Below, piece by piece: positions 1 to 9,323 of a stretch of DNA of 64,000 bases. Source of the stretch: Gammaproteobacteria bacterium (GTDB lineage Bacteria > Pseudomonadota > Gammaproteobacteria > GCA-001735895). The translations under genes and the position numbers were made by a program. Location: contig JAAEMR010000159.1 of NCBI GenBank assembly GCA_024225395.1, positions 811 through 64,810 on the forward strand, read 5' to 3'. The notes under the pieces are model-generated. The model saw only the letters and a program-made list of their open reading frames with translations, had not been told where the DNA came from and did not search any database. Numbering within the stretch: the stretch's first letter is position 1; each line of letters starts with the position of its first letter.

Positions 1-1947
1 AGGCAACTCGGGTTGATCAAATGATCTACCTGATATATTTATGGCCAGTGGAGGCATATCAGTATTACCCCCAAGTAACTGGCAGGCCTTCTTAATAACC
101 CACCGGTCAATATCAAGAATCTTGCCCGTCTTTTCAGCAAAAGGAATAAATATGCCTGGGTATATGAGTTGTCCAGGATCATCTTCATCTTTCAATCTGA
201 TTAATGCTTCCAGATGGACCAACTTACCTGTTTTAACGCAAAAAACACCCTGGAAATGTAGCTCAAACAGGTCTTGCTCAAGGGCACTGTCAATTTTTTC
301 ATTCCAGCTTAAACGATCCAGAGATACGCTACTGCCCGGTGTAATGTCACTATAAATTGACAGGGTGTTTTTACCACGGGATTTTGCGTCATACATGGCA
401 ATATCGGCTTGTGATAATAAATCATTACAGTTACCTGACTCACGTGAGCAAAATGAACACCCCAGACTTGCCGTTAAACGAACTTGATTATCATCAAACC
501 TGAAACTGATTTTTGAAATTTCCCGAATCAATCGTTGAGCTAATGATTTTATTTCACTTACAGATGTCATGATAGACAGAACGGCAAACTCATCCCCGCC
601 AAGTCGAAAAAACAAATCGGAGGGGCGGATGATAATGTTTACCGCATTTACAATACTAATCAGTACGGAATCTCCCTGTTCATGACCGTAATTATCATTG
701 ATAAGTTTAAACTCATCCAGGTCAAAGAAAAACAATACTAGCAATTCATCGTTGCGTTTGATTAACGAGTGCATCAGGGCTATTTCAGTCTGAAATTTAT
801 GCCGATTATAGAGTCCGGTTAAAGCATCTCGCTCTGCCAGATAGATTAGTTTTTGATTGGCTTGATGTTTTTCAGTGACATCCTCAAATAGTATTAAATT
901 ACCGTAAGTTTCGTTATTATGAGAAGTGATTTCAATCTGGTTTTTAAGCACTATTTTTTGATTATCCAGGTGTAGTTCTGTCTGGATCTGATTGTCCTTA
1001 CTGGAAACCTGTTCAATTTCATTGACAATTTTTGCAGACGATTTGCTTTGAAATGATTCTACGGGAACACCTGTAACAGTTGTACCCTCGGGGATATGCC
1101 AGATTTTGTTAAAAGCCTTATTCACATAGCTAATCACGCCTCGAGTATTTTCAAACACAATGGCAATGTCCATCGCATTAAGCAAAGTATTTAAACGTTG
1201 CTGCTCTTTAAATAAATTTTGATTATGTTGCTCAAGCTGCTGCAAATGCTTTTTATCACGTCTGCTCAAATATCTCATCATTAAAAAAATACTGAAATAA
1301 ATTGAGCTAAAGACTAATGACGCTGCCACAATATTCCGATAATAGATTTTCATCATATTGTTCAGAATATTGCTATTTTGATAACGAATAAGACGAATAC
1401 CCAAAATATCATTCAATTTATAATCATATCCCGTCGAATAAAGTTCACGAATCACTGCAGGAGCAGTTTCTTTTGATCCGTGACAAGTTAAGCACTTAGA
1501 CTTAACCCTGAGAACATTTGCATACAGAAACTGACCATTTTCCAGAGCCATGACTTTTTCTTTTTTATCAGGATTTTGAACAAAGAAATCCATGAGTATT
1601 TTTTCAGTCTCTGTAACCATGTTTTCAGGGTTCATCGGGTTCATGGATACAGTTCTCAAGTGAGCATTGGTATCACCGATCTCAGAAAAGAGCTTACTGA
1701 TTTCAGGTAATCGTAAGACAGGGCGTAATTGCAAACTTTCCTTGTCCAGAGGGATTTTTAGCTGATTTATAAGGTTTGAATAACTGTGACCAAAAGACTG
1801 AACCATATGGTTAAGAGATCGAGCTTCATGGATAGCTGCCTGCATATAGGTTTGCTGAATATCTCTATATTCCTTGGTAAATTTTAATATGATAACCAGT
1901 GTTAATATCGTAAAGAAAATGAGCAATAACCGGGTTTCTTTTTTCAT
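1..1947 (-). CDS. Membrane sensor diguanylate cyclase/phosphodiesterase (DUF3365-like c-heme periplasmic domain, PAS-like, GGDEF, EAL); truncated by the window edge
   Basis: Not in the ORF track because its stop lies outside the window. Manual translation from ATG 1947: MKKETRLLLIFF (TM)...KCLTCHGS (CxxCH)...TM...RDALTGLYNR...DLDEFKLINDNYGHEQGD...RLGGDEF...HLEALIRL...FIPFAEKTG. Confidence 0.9.
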   Translation of the reverse strand, partial: MKKETRLLLIFFTILTLVIILKFTKEYRDIQQTYMQAAIHEARSLNHMVQSFGHSYSNLINQLKIPLDKESLQLRPVLRLPEISKLFSEIGDTNAHLRTVSMNPMNPENMVTETEKILMDFFVQNPDKKEKVMALENGQFLYANVLRVKSKCLTCHGSKETAPAVIRELYSTGYDYKLNDILGIRLIRYQNSNILNNMMKIYYRNIVAASLVFSSIYFSIFLMMRYLSRRDKKHLQQLEQHNQNLFKEQQRLNTLLNAMDIAIVFENTRGVISYVNKAFNKIWHIPEGTTVTGVPVESFQSKSSAKIVNEIEQVSSKDNQIQTELHLDNQKIVLKNQIEITSHNNETYGNLILFEDVTEKHQANQKLIYLAERDALTGLYNRHKFQTEIALMHSLIKRNDELLVLFFFDLDEFKLINDNYGHEQGDSVLISIVNAVNIIIRPSDLFFRLGGDEFAVLSIMTSVSEIKSLAQRLIREISKISFRFDDNQVRLTASLGCSFCSRESGNCNDLLSQADIAMYDAKSRGKNTLSIYSDITPGSSVSLDRLSWNEKIDSALEQDLFELHFQGVFCVKTGKLVHLEALIRLKDEDDPGQLIYPGIFIPFAEKTGKILDIDRWVIKKACQLLGGNTDMPPLAINISGRSFDQPELP

Positions 1948-2041
1948 TTGAAATTAATTTCACTAAATATATCTAAGCTTACGAATTTAAACTCCATTTA
2001 TCTTATATAGCAGGAAAGCAAAGTTTAGTTTAGTTTTATAA

Positions 2042-2285
2042 CGCAGAACACCAGAACAACGGCACAAATCCATGACCAGGGCGCAACGTCTGAAGCGATT
2101 ACTCAGCATCGATGCATCGATCTGTCCGACATGCGAAGGCAAAGCCAGGGTGAAAGCCTGTATCGAGGCTCAGGTGGTCATCAACAAGATACAAAAACAT
2201 TTACAGGACATAAGGAGCATTGCCGCCACCGCCTAATCTGTTACCTGCTACGCGGACCTCGCCAGAATCAGACTGGTTTGCATAG
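2042..2285 (+). pseudogene. Remnant of the C-terminus of an IS91/ISCR-family rolling-circle transposase
   Basis: Reads RRTPEQRHKSMTRAQRLKRLLSIDASICPTCEGKARVKACIEAQVVINKIQKHL, then after a frameshift LLPATRTSPESDWFA*. This matches the IS91/ISCR tail pattern MTWAQRLKRVFxIDIxxCxxCGGxxKVIACIEDPxVIxKILxHL...LPxxRAPP. Confidence 0.75.
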
Positions 2286-2492
2286 CACCGTTTTTTTACA
2301 CCACCTATCGCTACACATTTACAGCAAATTCCCGGCTTTGTGGGCCAGAGTTGTCTAAGCTATTGACAATTCACCCGCATGAGACACCATTAATGCACAG
2401 AAAAGATAAAAGTAATTGACTGAAACGATCAGGATTGAATTTGGACGCATTGCCACAAGATAGTGGATTAATTAACAGTTAACTGCATACTT

Positions 2493-2855
2493 ATGGCATC
2501 GTATCATCCAGCAAAAATTATTTTGCACCAGTCTTCCCGAATTTTGGAAATTGAATTTAATAATGGTGATCTATTTAAATTGCCCTGCGAATACTTGCGA
2601 GTCTTTTCTCCTTCGGCAGAAGTGAGAGCCCACACTGGAGAGGTGAGTATCTGGATTACCGGGAAGGAGCAGGTGAATATCAAAAAAATACAGCCAATCG
2701 GACAATATGCCATCAAGTTGTTTTTCGATGATGGTCATAATTCCGGGCTTTTTGATTGGGACATGCTGCACACGCTTGGGAAAGACTATGAAAAAAAATG
2801 GCAACACTACCTGACAAAATGCGAAAGTATGGGTGTGGATAGAAACAGTGGGTAA
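2493..2855 (+). CDS. DUF971 / gamma-butyrobetaine hydroxylase N-terminal-like protein
   Basis: LPCEYLRVFSPSAEV...GQYAIKLFFDDGHNSGLFDW motif. Confidence 0.85.
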   Translation: MASYHPAKIILHQSSRILEIEFNNGDLFKLPCEYLRVFSPSAEVRAHTGEVSIWITGKEQVNIKKIQPIGQYAIKLFFDDGHNSGLFDWDMLHTLGKDYEKKWQHYLTKCESMGVDRNSG

Positions 2856-2979
2856 TTTACTCACGGGTCAGTTAACCACCTATAATTGTATTTACAATTT
2901 TTATATATTGATTACAAACAATATAGCGACCTGGAACTTTTGATTGCACAGGTGACTAACTCGTCCAATTTACGAGTAG

Positions 2980-3234
2980 TCAAAACATATTTTCTCTTTG
3001 ATCAGTGTTCTCCGGTTTGGCAAATTGGGTGTCAACTCGAGGGGTAATGAATATTTTCATTATTTCGGCTGAAAGTTCTCCATCAGCAGTAATAGCGACA
3101 GACCATTTAGGTATGGCCTGGATCAACCAAACCAGAAAAACAAAAATAACAAATTTACGGCTTTTTGATAGTTGTTGATAGTACGACTGCAAACTTACTG
3201 ATGGCAGAGCTGACGTTGACGAATTAGTGTTCAT
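2980..3234 (-). CDS. Small hypothetical membrane protein
   Basis: 84 aa ORF with one hydrophobic segment (FVIFVFLVWLIQAI) and an AAGGTG RBS-like site upstream. Confidence 0.5.
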   Translation of the reverse strand: MNTNSSTSALPSVSLQSYYQQLSKSRKFVIFVFLVWLIQAIPKWSVAITADGELSAEIMKIFITPRVDTQFAKPENTDQRENMF

Positions 3235-3538
3235 GTATTCACCTTAATAAACAGTTATGCTGCATTACCTGAATAGTGTTTTCTAGATGCAAATCTCATC
3301 AGGGACTTGTGTTATCGATAAACTACCAGCAGCTTGGTGAAGTACATGTGAAGTATCGGTGAAATTTAAGTGATGAAACCAATAATGCGGTCAATTTGCT
3401 TCTAATCAGCTGAGTTGAGGTGTTTTATAGATTGAACCCGGCGTTGAGAGATGGCATTCATGCAGATTGGTATTTACCTGATTAGAAATGCCAGTCTCTT
3501 TCTTCATCGATTTATTATCAACAGGTAATCAATTCCTG

Positions 3539-4561
3539 CTAATTTGGATCAACTATAGAGATGGCTGTTTCTGAGTCCCAGATTCTCGCCCATACCCATT
3601 TGAGACCCTGTAGATCGAGTTCAGTCTTAACTCGTTCTGCCAATATGGGTTGCGGATGAGGATTACTCATTTTCGCTACCGCGAATTTGAATACATAATC
3701 CGGCTCTGAGCCCATACGTAAATCACTCACAATAATACGATCTTGCTGCAAAGAAGCGGCATAAAAATCTTTGGTAAACCATTCAAGGCGCTGTATTGAT
3801 TTATTGTTAGTAATTGCTTGAAGCAGGTGTAATGAACGGGGATATTGCTTGAATGTTATTGTCTGGCTTTCATCAAAAATAGAGTAATAGCCTTCAAAGT
3901 AGTAATCTTCGTTTACAGCTAATACACGCCAGAGGAGTGTGTTAAAAGGAGCAGGGGTTGTCAGCACGGAACTGGCATTGATCTGCACGTTTTCCAATGT
4001 ATTATGAGCAATCGCATCGACATGCAGTTTTACCGTCAGGCTCCATAAAAGATAGACATTACTGATTGCAAGTCCGGTAAGGTTGATTGCGCGTCCAAAC
4101 GATTTTTTGCGAGCGCTGAGCTGAGCCGTCAATACACCGATAAGGAGGGGTATAGTGTATGCCGGATCGATTATGAAAATAGTCGACCAGGTCATCGGGG
4201 TCGTCACAATTGGCCAGAAAATCTGGGTGCCATAAACAGTAAAGCTATCGAGTAGTACATGTGTTGCAAAAGCCAGGTAAACCATGACATGCAAACGATA
4301 GTTATATTTCGAGATGTCAGGATGTAGTTTCCTGATTAACCAGACAATCAAAGGGGTGATGATGGCAAGAACCAGTAGTGAATGACTGGCACTGCGATGA
4401 TAAGTGAAGTCACTGATGGCATTCGACAACGGAACTAATACATCCAGGTCTGGCAGAGTGCCGCACACAGCGCCCCACAGGGCCGCACGTCGACCAATCT
4501 GTCGGCCGGCACTTGCTTCAGCAGTAGCAGCACCAAGCAATAATTGTGTTACCGAATCCAT
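3539..4561 (-). CDS. Inner-membrane metal-dependent hydrolase (YdjM / LexA-binding family)
   Basis: MDSVTQ start, LPDLD, HRSASHS, HVLLDSFTVYGT, IIDP and DLRMG motifs. Confidence 0.85.
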   Translation of the reverse strand: MDSVTQLLLGAATAEASAGRQIGRRAALWGAVCGTLPDLDVLVPLSNAISDFTYHRSASHSLLVLAIITPLIVWLIRKLHPDISKYNYRLHVMVYLAFATHVLLDSFTVYGTQIFWPIVTTPMTWSTIFIIDPAYTIPLLIGVLTAQLSARKKSFGRAINLTGLAISNVYLLWSLTVKLHVDAIAHNTLENVQINASSVLTTPAPFNTLLWRVLAVNEDYYFEGYYSIFDESQTITFKQYPRSLHLLQAITNNKSIQRLEWFTKDFYAASLQQDRIIVSDLRMGSEPDYVFKFAVAKMSNPHPQPILAERVKTELDLQGLKWVWARIWDSETAISIVDPN

Positions 4562-4724
4562 GTTTCCTCAAATAGGTTCATTAATATTCTACTGATAACC
4601 AGAAAAAAATACGAATAGATTAGCCTCAATCTAACAGGCATAAGTAAAGCATCAGGATTGTTCTGACTGGTTTCTATACCCGTAACCTTAAGTTGTGGAT
4701 GATAAAATTATTTGCAAATTTTTT

Positions 4725-4890
4725 TTAGGTTATCTTGCTATCGCAGGTATTATGGGTGCAGTACATCATGTAATTTACCTTTGTAATATGGGTGAAATGC
4801 ATACTATGTATCAATGGATTAACCGCAATTCCAACGGTATCTTTCACTATTAAACCATGATCTGATAGCAATGTTTTTTATTTCCTGCGT
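4725..4890 (-). pseudogene. Possible remnant of the C-terminus of a UbiG-like O-methyltransferase
   Basis: With one frameshift in an A6 run it reads TQEIKTLLSDHGLIVKDTVGIAVNPLIHSMHFTHITKVNYMMYCT, resembling the UbiG tail (PxEL...GL...GxxxNP...VNYM). Confidence 0.4.
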
Positions 4891-5109
4891 AAATTCAGCA
4901 TGATGACTGGATTAGCTGGCGTTTAGGGTGAGATTCCGGGGCTGGTTTCCTGCCATGATATGTAGAGGTGTGGTGTTTATTCTTCTTTTACTTTTTTAAT
5001 ACTATAAGGTCTTTATAATAAATTAATAAATAACAAAGCAAATAATAACACCGAAATATTCAGGGCTTTTAATGCAACACTGCTCATCTGATTCTGATTA
5101 ATGCATCCA

Positions 5110-6033
5110 TCACTTTGTCGTCTGCACTTCATACTGCACCCAAAGTTGATGCACATTTCCAGGTTCGATTGTCACCACATCTTCTGCGGCATTACTGCTT
5201 TCGACGCAGAGCATTTTTTTATAGCCCTGCTCACCCAGGTCACCCATTTTATCAGCCGTTTTCTGCCATGGATTCCATACCACAGTAGAGTGACTTCCTG
5301 CTTTTCTGATGATGATATTTCTGTTGAACTGTTGATCTTCAATAATGCAATCATTAAAAGTATTAAGATACACCCTGTCAACTTCTTCTGTTATCACTAC
5401 CGGCCCAAGCTGGCATTTACGTTTGAAGCTTTCCAGCTTATCAAGATAATCAGTATGCTCAAGACCATGCAATAGAACCTTACTGACATCTGATATTTTA
5501 AAATAAGTATGCAATGCCTGACCAACAGTTACGGCTCTGTCACCGTTATTGTGAGTGATAAGCTCAAGTTCGAGCTTGTGACCAATAGTGACGGAGAACT
5601 GGATGGTCGTTCCGGGCAGCCACATATGATCATTTCCCGGCTGTCTTTGCATGGTCAAAATTACGCGGGTGCTACCATCATCCAGCGCTTCGGTACTCAG
5701 TATGTCCCAACTGGTTGTTCGAGCAAAACCGTGTGCGGGAAAATCAGTGTCAGATTCATGAGCACCAAACCAGGGCCAGCAAACAGGAATACCTCCACGG
5801 ATTGATTTACCTGCTAAAAATTTGACATCTTCCGATAGCCAGATGACTTCTTCTTCACCTTCCGGAATCCAGCTTAAAAGATGCGCGCCCTGCAAGTTTA
5901 TTAAAGCACTGGCCTGAGCATTTTTTATGTGTATGACAGGGAGATAGCCTTCACCATTTTTTATTCTCAGCGTATTGTTTTTATTTTGGAGAGAGAACTG
6001 TTTGTTTAAATCTTCTATTTCGATTGTTTTCAT
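5110..6033 (-). CDS. D-hexose-6-phosphate mutarotase (YeaD-like, aldose 1-epimerase family)
   Basis: QGAHLLSW, IRGGIPVCWPWFG, HGFAR, ALHTYF, VVWNPW and MLCVE motifs. Confidence 0.9.
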   Translation of the reverse strand: MKTIEIEDLNKQFSLQNKNNTLRIKNGEGYLPVIHIKNAQASALINLQGAHLLSWIPEGEEEVIWLSEDVKFLAGKSIRGGIPVCWPWFGAHESDTDFPAHGFARTTSWDILSTEALDDGSTRVILTMQRQPGNDHMWLPGTTIQFSVTIGHKLELELITHNNGDRAVTVGQALHTYFKISDVSKVLLHGLEHTDYLDKLESFKRKCQLGPVVITEEVDRVYLNTFNDCIIEDQQFNRNIIIRKAGSHSTVVWNPWQKTADKMGDLGEQGYKKMLCVESSNAAEDVVTIEPGNVHQLWVQYEVQTTK

Positions 6034-6198
6034 TGTTCAATTCTCGAGAGGTTCCTGCTAAGAGCATGCAGGAATGACGGTTCAGTGTAAATAGTTATAA
6101 ATGGCTATGTATGAAATCATGTGATTGTATTTTTTACCGTCATTACATCCACTGGTTGCGTAAACAGTGCTTCCCTGCACCACTTCTCCGTTGTGGTT

Positions 6199-6924
6199 TT
6201 AAACAGAATCGGGATTGCGCATTTCAAAACTTGAAAACTGCCTGCTAAATTGATTGATAACAGATTGCTCCAGTTTAGGGGATGAAACCACTCTCCTTGA
6301 TTCATCCAGACAATGACCTGTTACACATTGTTGGATTACATAATTTTCAACACCCAGTTCAGTCAATTCCTTAACCAGTTCCGAGAGCTGCTGCTGGTTT
6401 AGCATATCAGGATGAACCGTGGTTCTGAATTCATAACTCACACCACTATCAATTACTGCTCTGGCACTTTTCCATGCCTTTTCACCCGAGCCTTTGACTC
6501 CGGTGATTTTATCGTAATCTTTTTTTGCAGATTTAATATCCAGACCAACCCAGTCAATCAATGGTAAAACCTGCTGTAATCGATCTGGATAAATACCCGC
6601 TGAGTGCAGACCAATCTTAAAGCCCATCGATTTAATCTGTTGCATGGCCTGTTCAAGGCCGGATTGCAGGGTGGGCTCCCCTCCACTGAATACCACGGCA
6701 TCCAGAAGATCTTTGCGTTTTTCTAGAAAAATTAAAACATCCGACCAGGCAATCGTATTTATACTTTTGGAAGGTAACAGATCTGTATTCTGACAATAGC
6801 CACAGGACCAGGGACAGCCCTGCATAAATATCACTGCCGCCAGTTCACCGGGGTAGTCAATAGTTGTCAGTGGCGTTAAACCGCCAACAACTATTTCTTT
6901 CTCAATGTCCAGTTTTGTTTTCAT
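6199..6924 (-). CDS. nrdG: Anaerobic ribonucleoside-triphosphate reductase activating protein (radical SAM)
   Basis: TTIDYPG, GCPWSCGYCQN (CxxxCxxC), FSGGEPTLQ; directly downstream of nrdD. Confidence 0.93.
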   Translation of the reverse strand: MKTKLDIEKEIVVGGLTPLTTIDYPGELAAVIFMQGCPWSCGYCQNTDLLPSKSINTIAWSDVLIFLEKRKDLLDAVVFSGGEPTLQSGLEQAMQQIKSMGFKIGLHSAGIYPDRLQQVLPLIDWVGLDIKSAKKDYDKITGVKGSGEKAWKSARAVIDSGVSYEFRTTVHPDMLNQQQLSELVKELTELGVENYVIQQCVTGHCLDESRRVVSSPKLEQSVINQFSRQFSSFEMRNPDSV

Positions 6925-7063
6925 GAAAAAATTGGCGGTCAGAATGTTCTGACTGTTTCCCCGGATTAAATGACGTTACCGGACGGTGATAACCCATAAC
7001 ACGGGTCCAGACTTCACAGCGTGTACGCTCTTCCTCTTTTAACTCAATGGATTGTGCTTGCAT
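6902..7063 (-). CDS. nrdD: Separately encoded 53-aa glycyl-radical C-terminal domain of class III RNR
   Basis: Below the ORF-track cutoff. Manual translation MQAQSIELKEEERTRCEVWTRVMGYHRPVTSFNPGKQSEHSDRQFFHENKTGH*; RVMGY glycyl-radical loop; AGGAG RBS; overlaps the nrdD end and the nrdG start. Confidence 0.9.
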   Translation of the reverse strand: MQAQSIELKEEERTRCEVWTRVMGYHRPVTSFNPGKQSEHSDRQFFHENKTGH

Positions 7064-9107
7064 CTATATTCTCCTGTTTGTTTAGTTGTATTTGTTTTTC
7101 GATTAATAACTCTTCATCACAGCGTGGGCAAAATTCATGTTCGCCACTCAGGTAGCCATGTTCCGGGCAGATTGAAAAGGTCGGGGTGATGGTGATGTAG
7201 GGCAGATGAAAATTACCCAGTGATCGTTTTACCAGTTTTTTACAGGCTTCAATACTCGAAATACGCTCATTCATGTATAGATGTAAAACCGTGCCACCGG
7301 TGTATTTGCGTTGCAGCTCATCCTGCATTTCAAGTGCTTCGAAAGGATCGTCGGTGTAACCCACTGGCAACTGTGATGAGTTGGTGTAATAGGGTCTATC
7401 AATGGTTCCGGCCTGTAAAATACCCGGATAACGTTTACGATCTTCCCTGGCAAAACGATAGGTTGTACCTTCAGCAGGAGTCGCTTCGAGGTTATACATA
7501 TTCCCGGTTTGTTCCTGAAACTCGACCATACGCTGACGAATATGATCAAGCAAACGGACAGCCAGTGCTTTGCCTTCGGTGGTGGTGATATCATCCTCAT
7601 CGTCACTAAAGTTACGGATCATTTCATTGATGCCATTCACTCCGATGGTAGAGAAATGATTACGTAAGGTTCCCAGGTATCGTTTGCTGTAAGGAAATAA
7701 TCCCGCATCCAGGTGGCGCTGAATAACTTTACGTTTTATCTCCAGACTATTGCGAGCAATGTTGAGTAAATCATCAAGCTGAGTCAACAGCTTGTCTTCA
7801 TCTCCCTGGTACAGGTGACCTAATCGTGCACAGTTAATCGTGACTACACCCAGTGATCCGGTTTGCTCTGCTGAACCAAACAGACCATTGCCGCGCTTCA
7901 GCAATTCAGTCAAATCCAGTTGCAGGCGACAGCACATGGAACGAATCATGTTAGGTTTGAGTTCAGAGTTAAGAAAATTCTGGAAATACGGTAAGCCATA
8001 CTTTGATGTCATTTCAAACAACCGATCAGCATTTTCTGAATCCCAGATAAAATCATCGGTGATGTTGTAGGTGGGAATAGGAAAGGTGAATACCCGACCT
8101 TTGGCGTCACCCGCCATCATCACTTCGATGTAAGCCCGGTTGATCAGGTCCATTTCAACCTGCAAATCTCCATAAGTAAAGTCCTGCTCTTCACCGGCAA
8201 TAACAGGCACCTGATCCTGCAAATCTTCCGGGCATACCCAGTCAAATGTCAGGTTGGTAAAAGGGGTTTGTGTTCCCCACCTGGAAGGCACATTCAGGTT
8301 GTAAATCAGTTCCTGCATTTGCTGACGTACCTGTTCGAAAGTTAAGTTATCCTTACGCACATAGGCTGCCATGTAGGTATCGAATGAACTAAATGCCTGT
8401 GCGCCCGCCCATTCATTTTGCAAGGTGCCGAGAAAGTTGACTATCTGCCCCACGGCCGAAGACATGTGCTTAGGCGGCCCGGCTTCCACGCGTCCCTGAA
8501 TACCGTTCAAACCTTCATTTAACAGCGTGCGTAACGACCAGCCAGCACAGTAACCTGCCAGCATATCCAGGTCATGAATATGAATATCACCTTCACGGTG
8601 CGCTTCACCAATTTCGGGGGGATAAACATGGCTGAGCCAGTAATTCGCTATCATTTTACCCGAGGTATTGAGGATCAGGCCACCCAGTGAGTAGCCCTGA
8701 TTGGCGTTAGCATTTACCCGCCAGTCTGACTTATCCAGGTATTCGTTGACTGCGGAAGATACATCAACCAGGGTACGTTTATCCTCTCTCAGCTTATTGT
8801 GCTGCTCACGATAAACAATATAAGCTCGGGCCGTTTCCATATGATTCGCCGATATGAGTACCTGCTCAACCACATCCTGCACGGCTTCGATATCGGGTAC
8901 TTGACGATTACTATAACGATGACTTAACACCTTAATAACCTGTCGGGTTAGTAGCTGAGCTTCAAAACTATCGAACTCAGTAGTGGCCTGACCGGCCTTT
9001 TCGAGGGCTTTCTCTATACGGTTTCTATCAAACGAGACTTCTACTCCATCTCTTTTAATTAACCGTTGTGGTAATGAAATAATATCTTTTGCGGCTTCTG
9101 ACGTCAT
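7044..9107 (-). CDS. nrdD: Class III anaerobic ribonucleoside-triphosphate reductase, large part (ATP cone + catalytic barrel + Zn site)
   Basis: IKRDG ATP cone, IHIHDL, YCAGWS, SMCCRL, NLEATPAEG, YTGGT, CPEHG..CPRC; no RVxGY loop. Confidence 0.95.
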   Translation of the reverse strand: MTSEAAKDIISLPQRLIKRDGVEVSFDRNRIEKALEKAGQATTEFDSFEAQLLTRQVIKVLSHRYSNRQVPDIEAVQDVVEQVLISANHMETARAYIVYREQHNKLREDKRTLVDVSSAVNEYLDKSDWRVNANANQGYSLGGLILNTSGKMIANYWLSHVYPPEIGEAHREGDIHIHDLDMLAGYCAGWSLRTLLNEGLNGIQGRVEAGPPKHMSSAVGQIVNFLGTLQNEWAGAQAFSSFDTYMAAYVRKDNLTFEQVRQQMQELIYNLNVPSRWGTQTPFTNLTFDWVCPEDLQDQVPVIAGEEQDFTYGDLQVEMDLINRAYIEVMMAGDAKGRVFTFPIPTYNITDDFIWDSENADRLFEMTSKYGLPYFQNFLNSELKPNMIRSMCCRLQLDLTELLKRGNGLFGSAEQTGSLGVVTINCARLGHLYQGDEDKLLTQLDDLLNIARNSLEIKRKVIQRHLDAGLFPYSKRYLGTLRNHFSTIGVNGINEMIRNFSDDEDDITTTEGKALAVRLLDHIRQRMVEFQEQTGNMYNLEATPAEGTTYRFAREDRKRYPGILQAGTIDRPYYTNSSQLPVGYTDDPFEALEMQDELQRKYTGGTVLHLYMNERISSIEACKKLVKRSLGNFHLPYITITPTFSICPEHGYLSGEHEFCPRCDEELLIEKQIQLNKQENIDASTIH

Positions 9108-9135
9108 TTTAATCTCTCTTGGGTAATTTCCTTGA

Positions 9136-9183
9136 TTACTATATATTGTTATTAGCTCTTATACACACCACTATATATTGTGC
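9136..9183. promoter_or_regulatory. Tandem NrdR boxes
   Basis: ttaCtAtATaTtGtta (9136-9151) and ccaCtAtATaTtGtgc (9168-9183), 32 bp apart, match acaCwAtATaTwGtgt; located upstream of nrdD. Confidence 0.9.
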
Positions 9184-9197
9184 TTTTAAGCCTGGAA

Positions 9198-9211
9198 TTG
9201 ATTTATATCAA
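9198..9211 (-). promoter_or_regulatory. FNR/Anr box for nrdD
   Basis: Perfect TTGAT-ttat-ATCAA; TATAGT -10 element on the minus strand at 9170-9175, at class II spacing. Confidence 0.85.
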
Positions 9212-9251
9212 TTTTATTTTCTAAAATTAAATAAGTAATTAATGAATTAGC

Positions 9252-9265
9252 CTGATTTAAATCAA
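9252..9265 (+). promoter_or_regulatory. FNR/Anr box for ubiT
   Basis: CTGAT-ttaa-ATCAA (1 mismatch), with a TACCAT -10 element at 9288-9293. Confidence 0.75.
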
Positions 9266-9323
9266 ATCAGTGTAGACAATTCTTGGCTACCATAGCGGGT
9301 TCACAAAGATAAGTAGAATATCC

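Noticed and set aside
2131..2358. 75-aa ORF on the + strand
   Set aside because: It is largely an off-frame reading of the IS91 transposase remnant.
2908..2921. FNR-like TTGAT-taca-AACAA
   Set aside because: It lies between two convergent gene ends, so there is no promoter to control. Likely chance in AT-rich DNA.
7044..7063. nrdD as a frameshifted pseudogene
   Set aside because: Both parts keep all expected motifs, the small ORF has its own RBS and ATG, and the regulatory sites and nrdG are intact.
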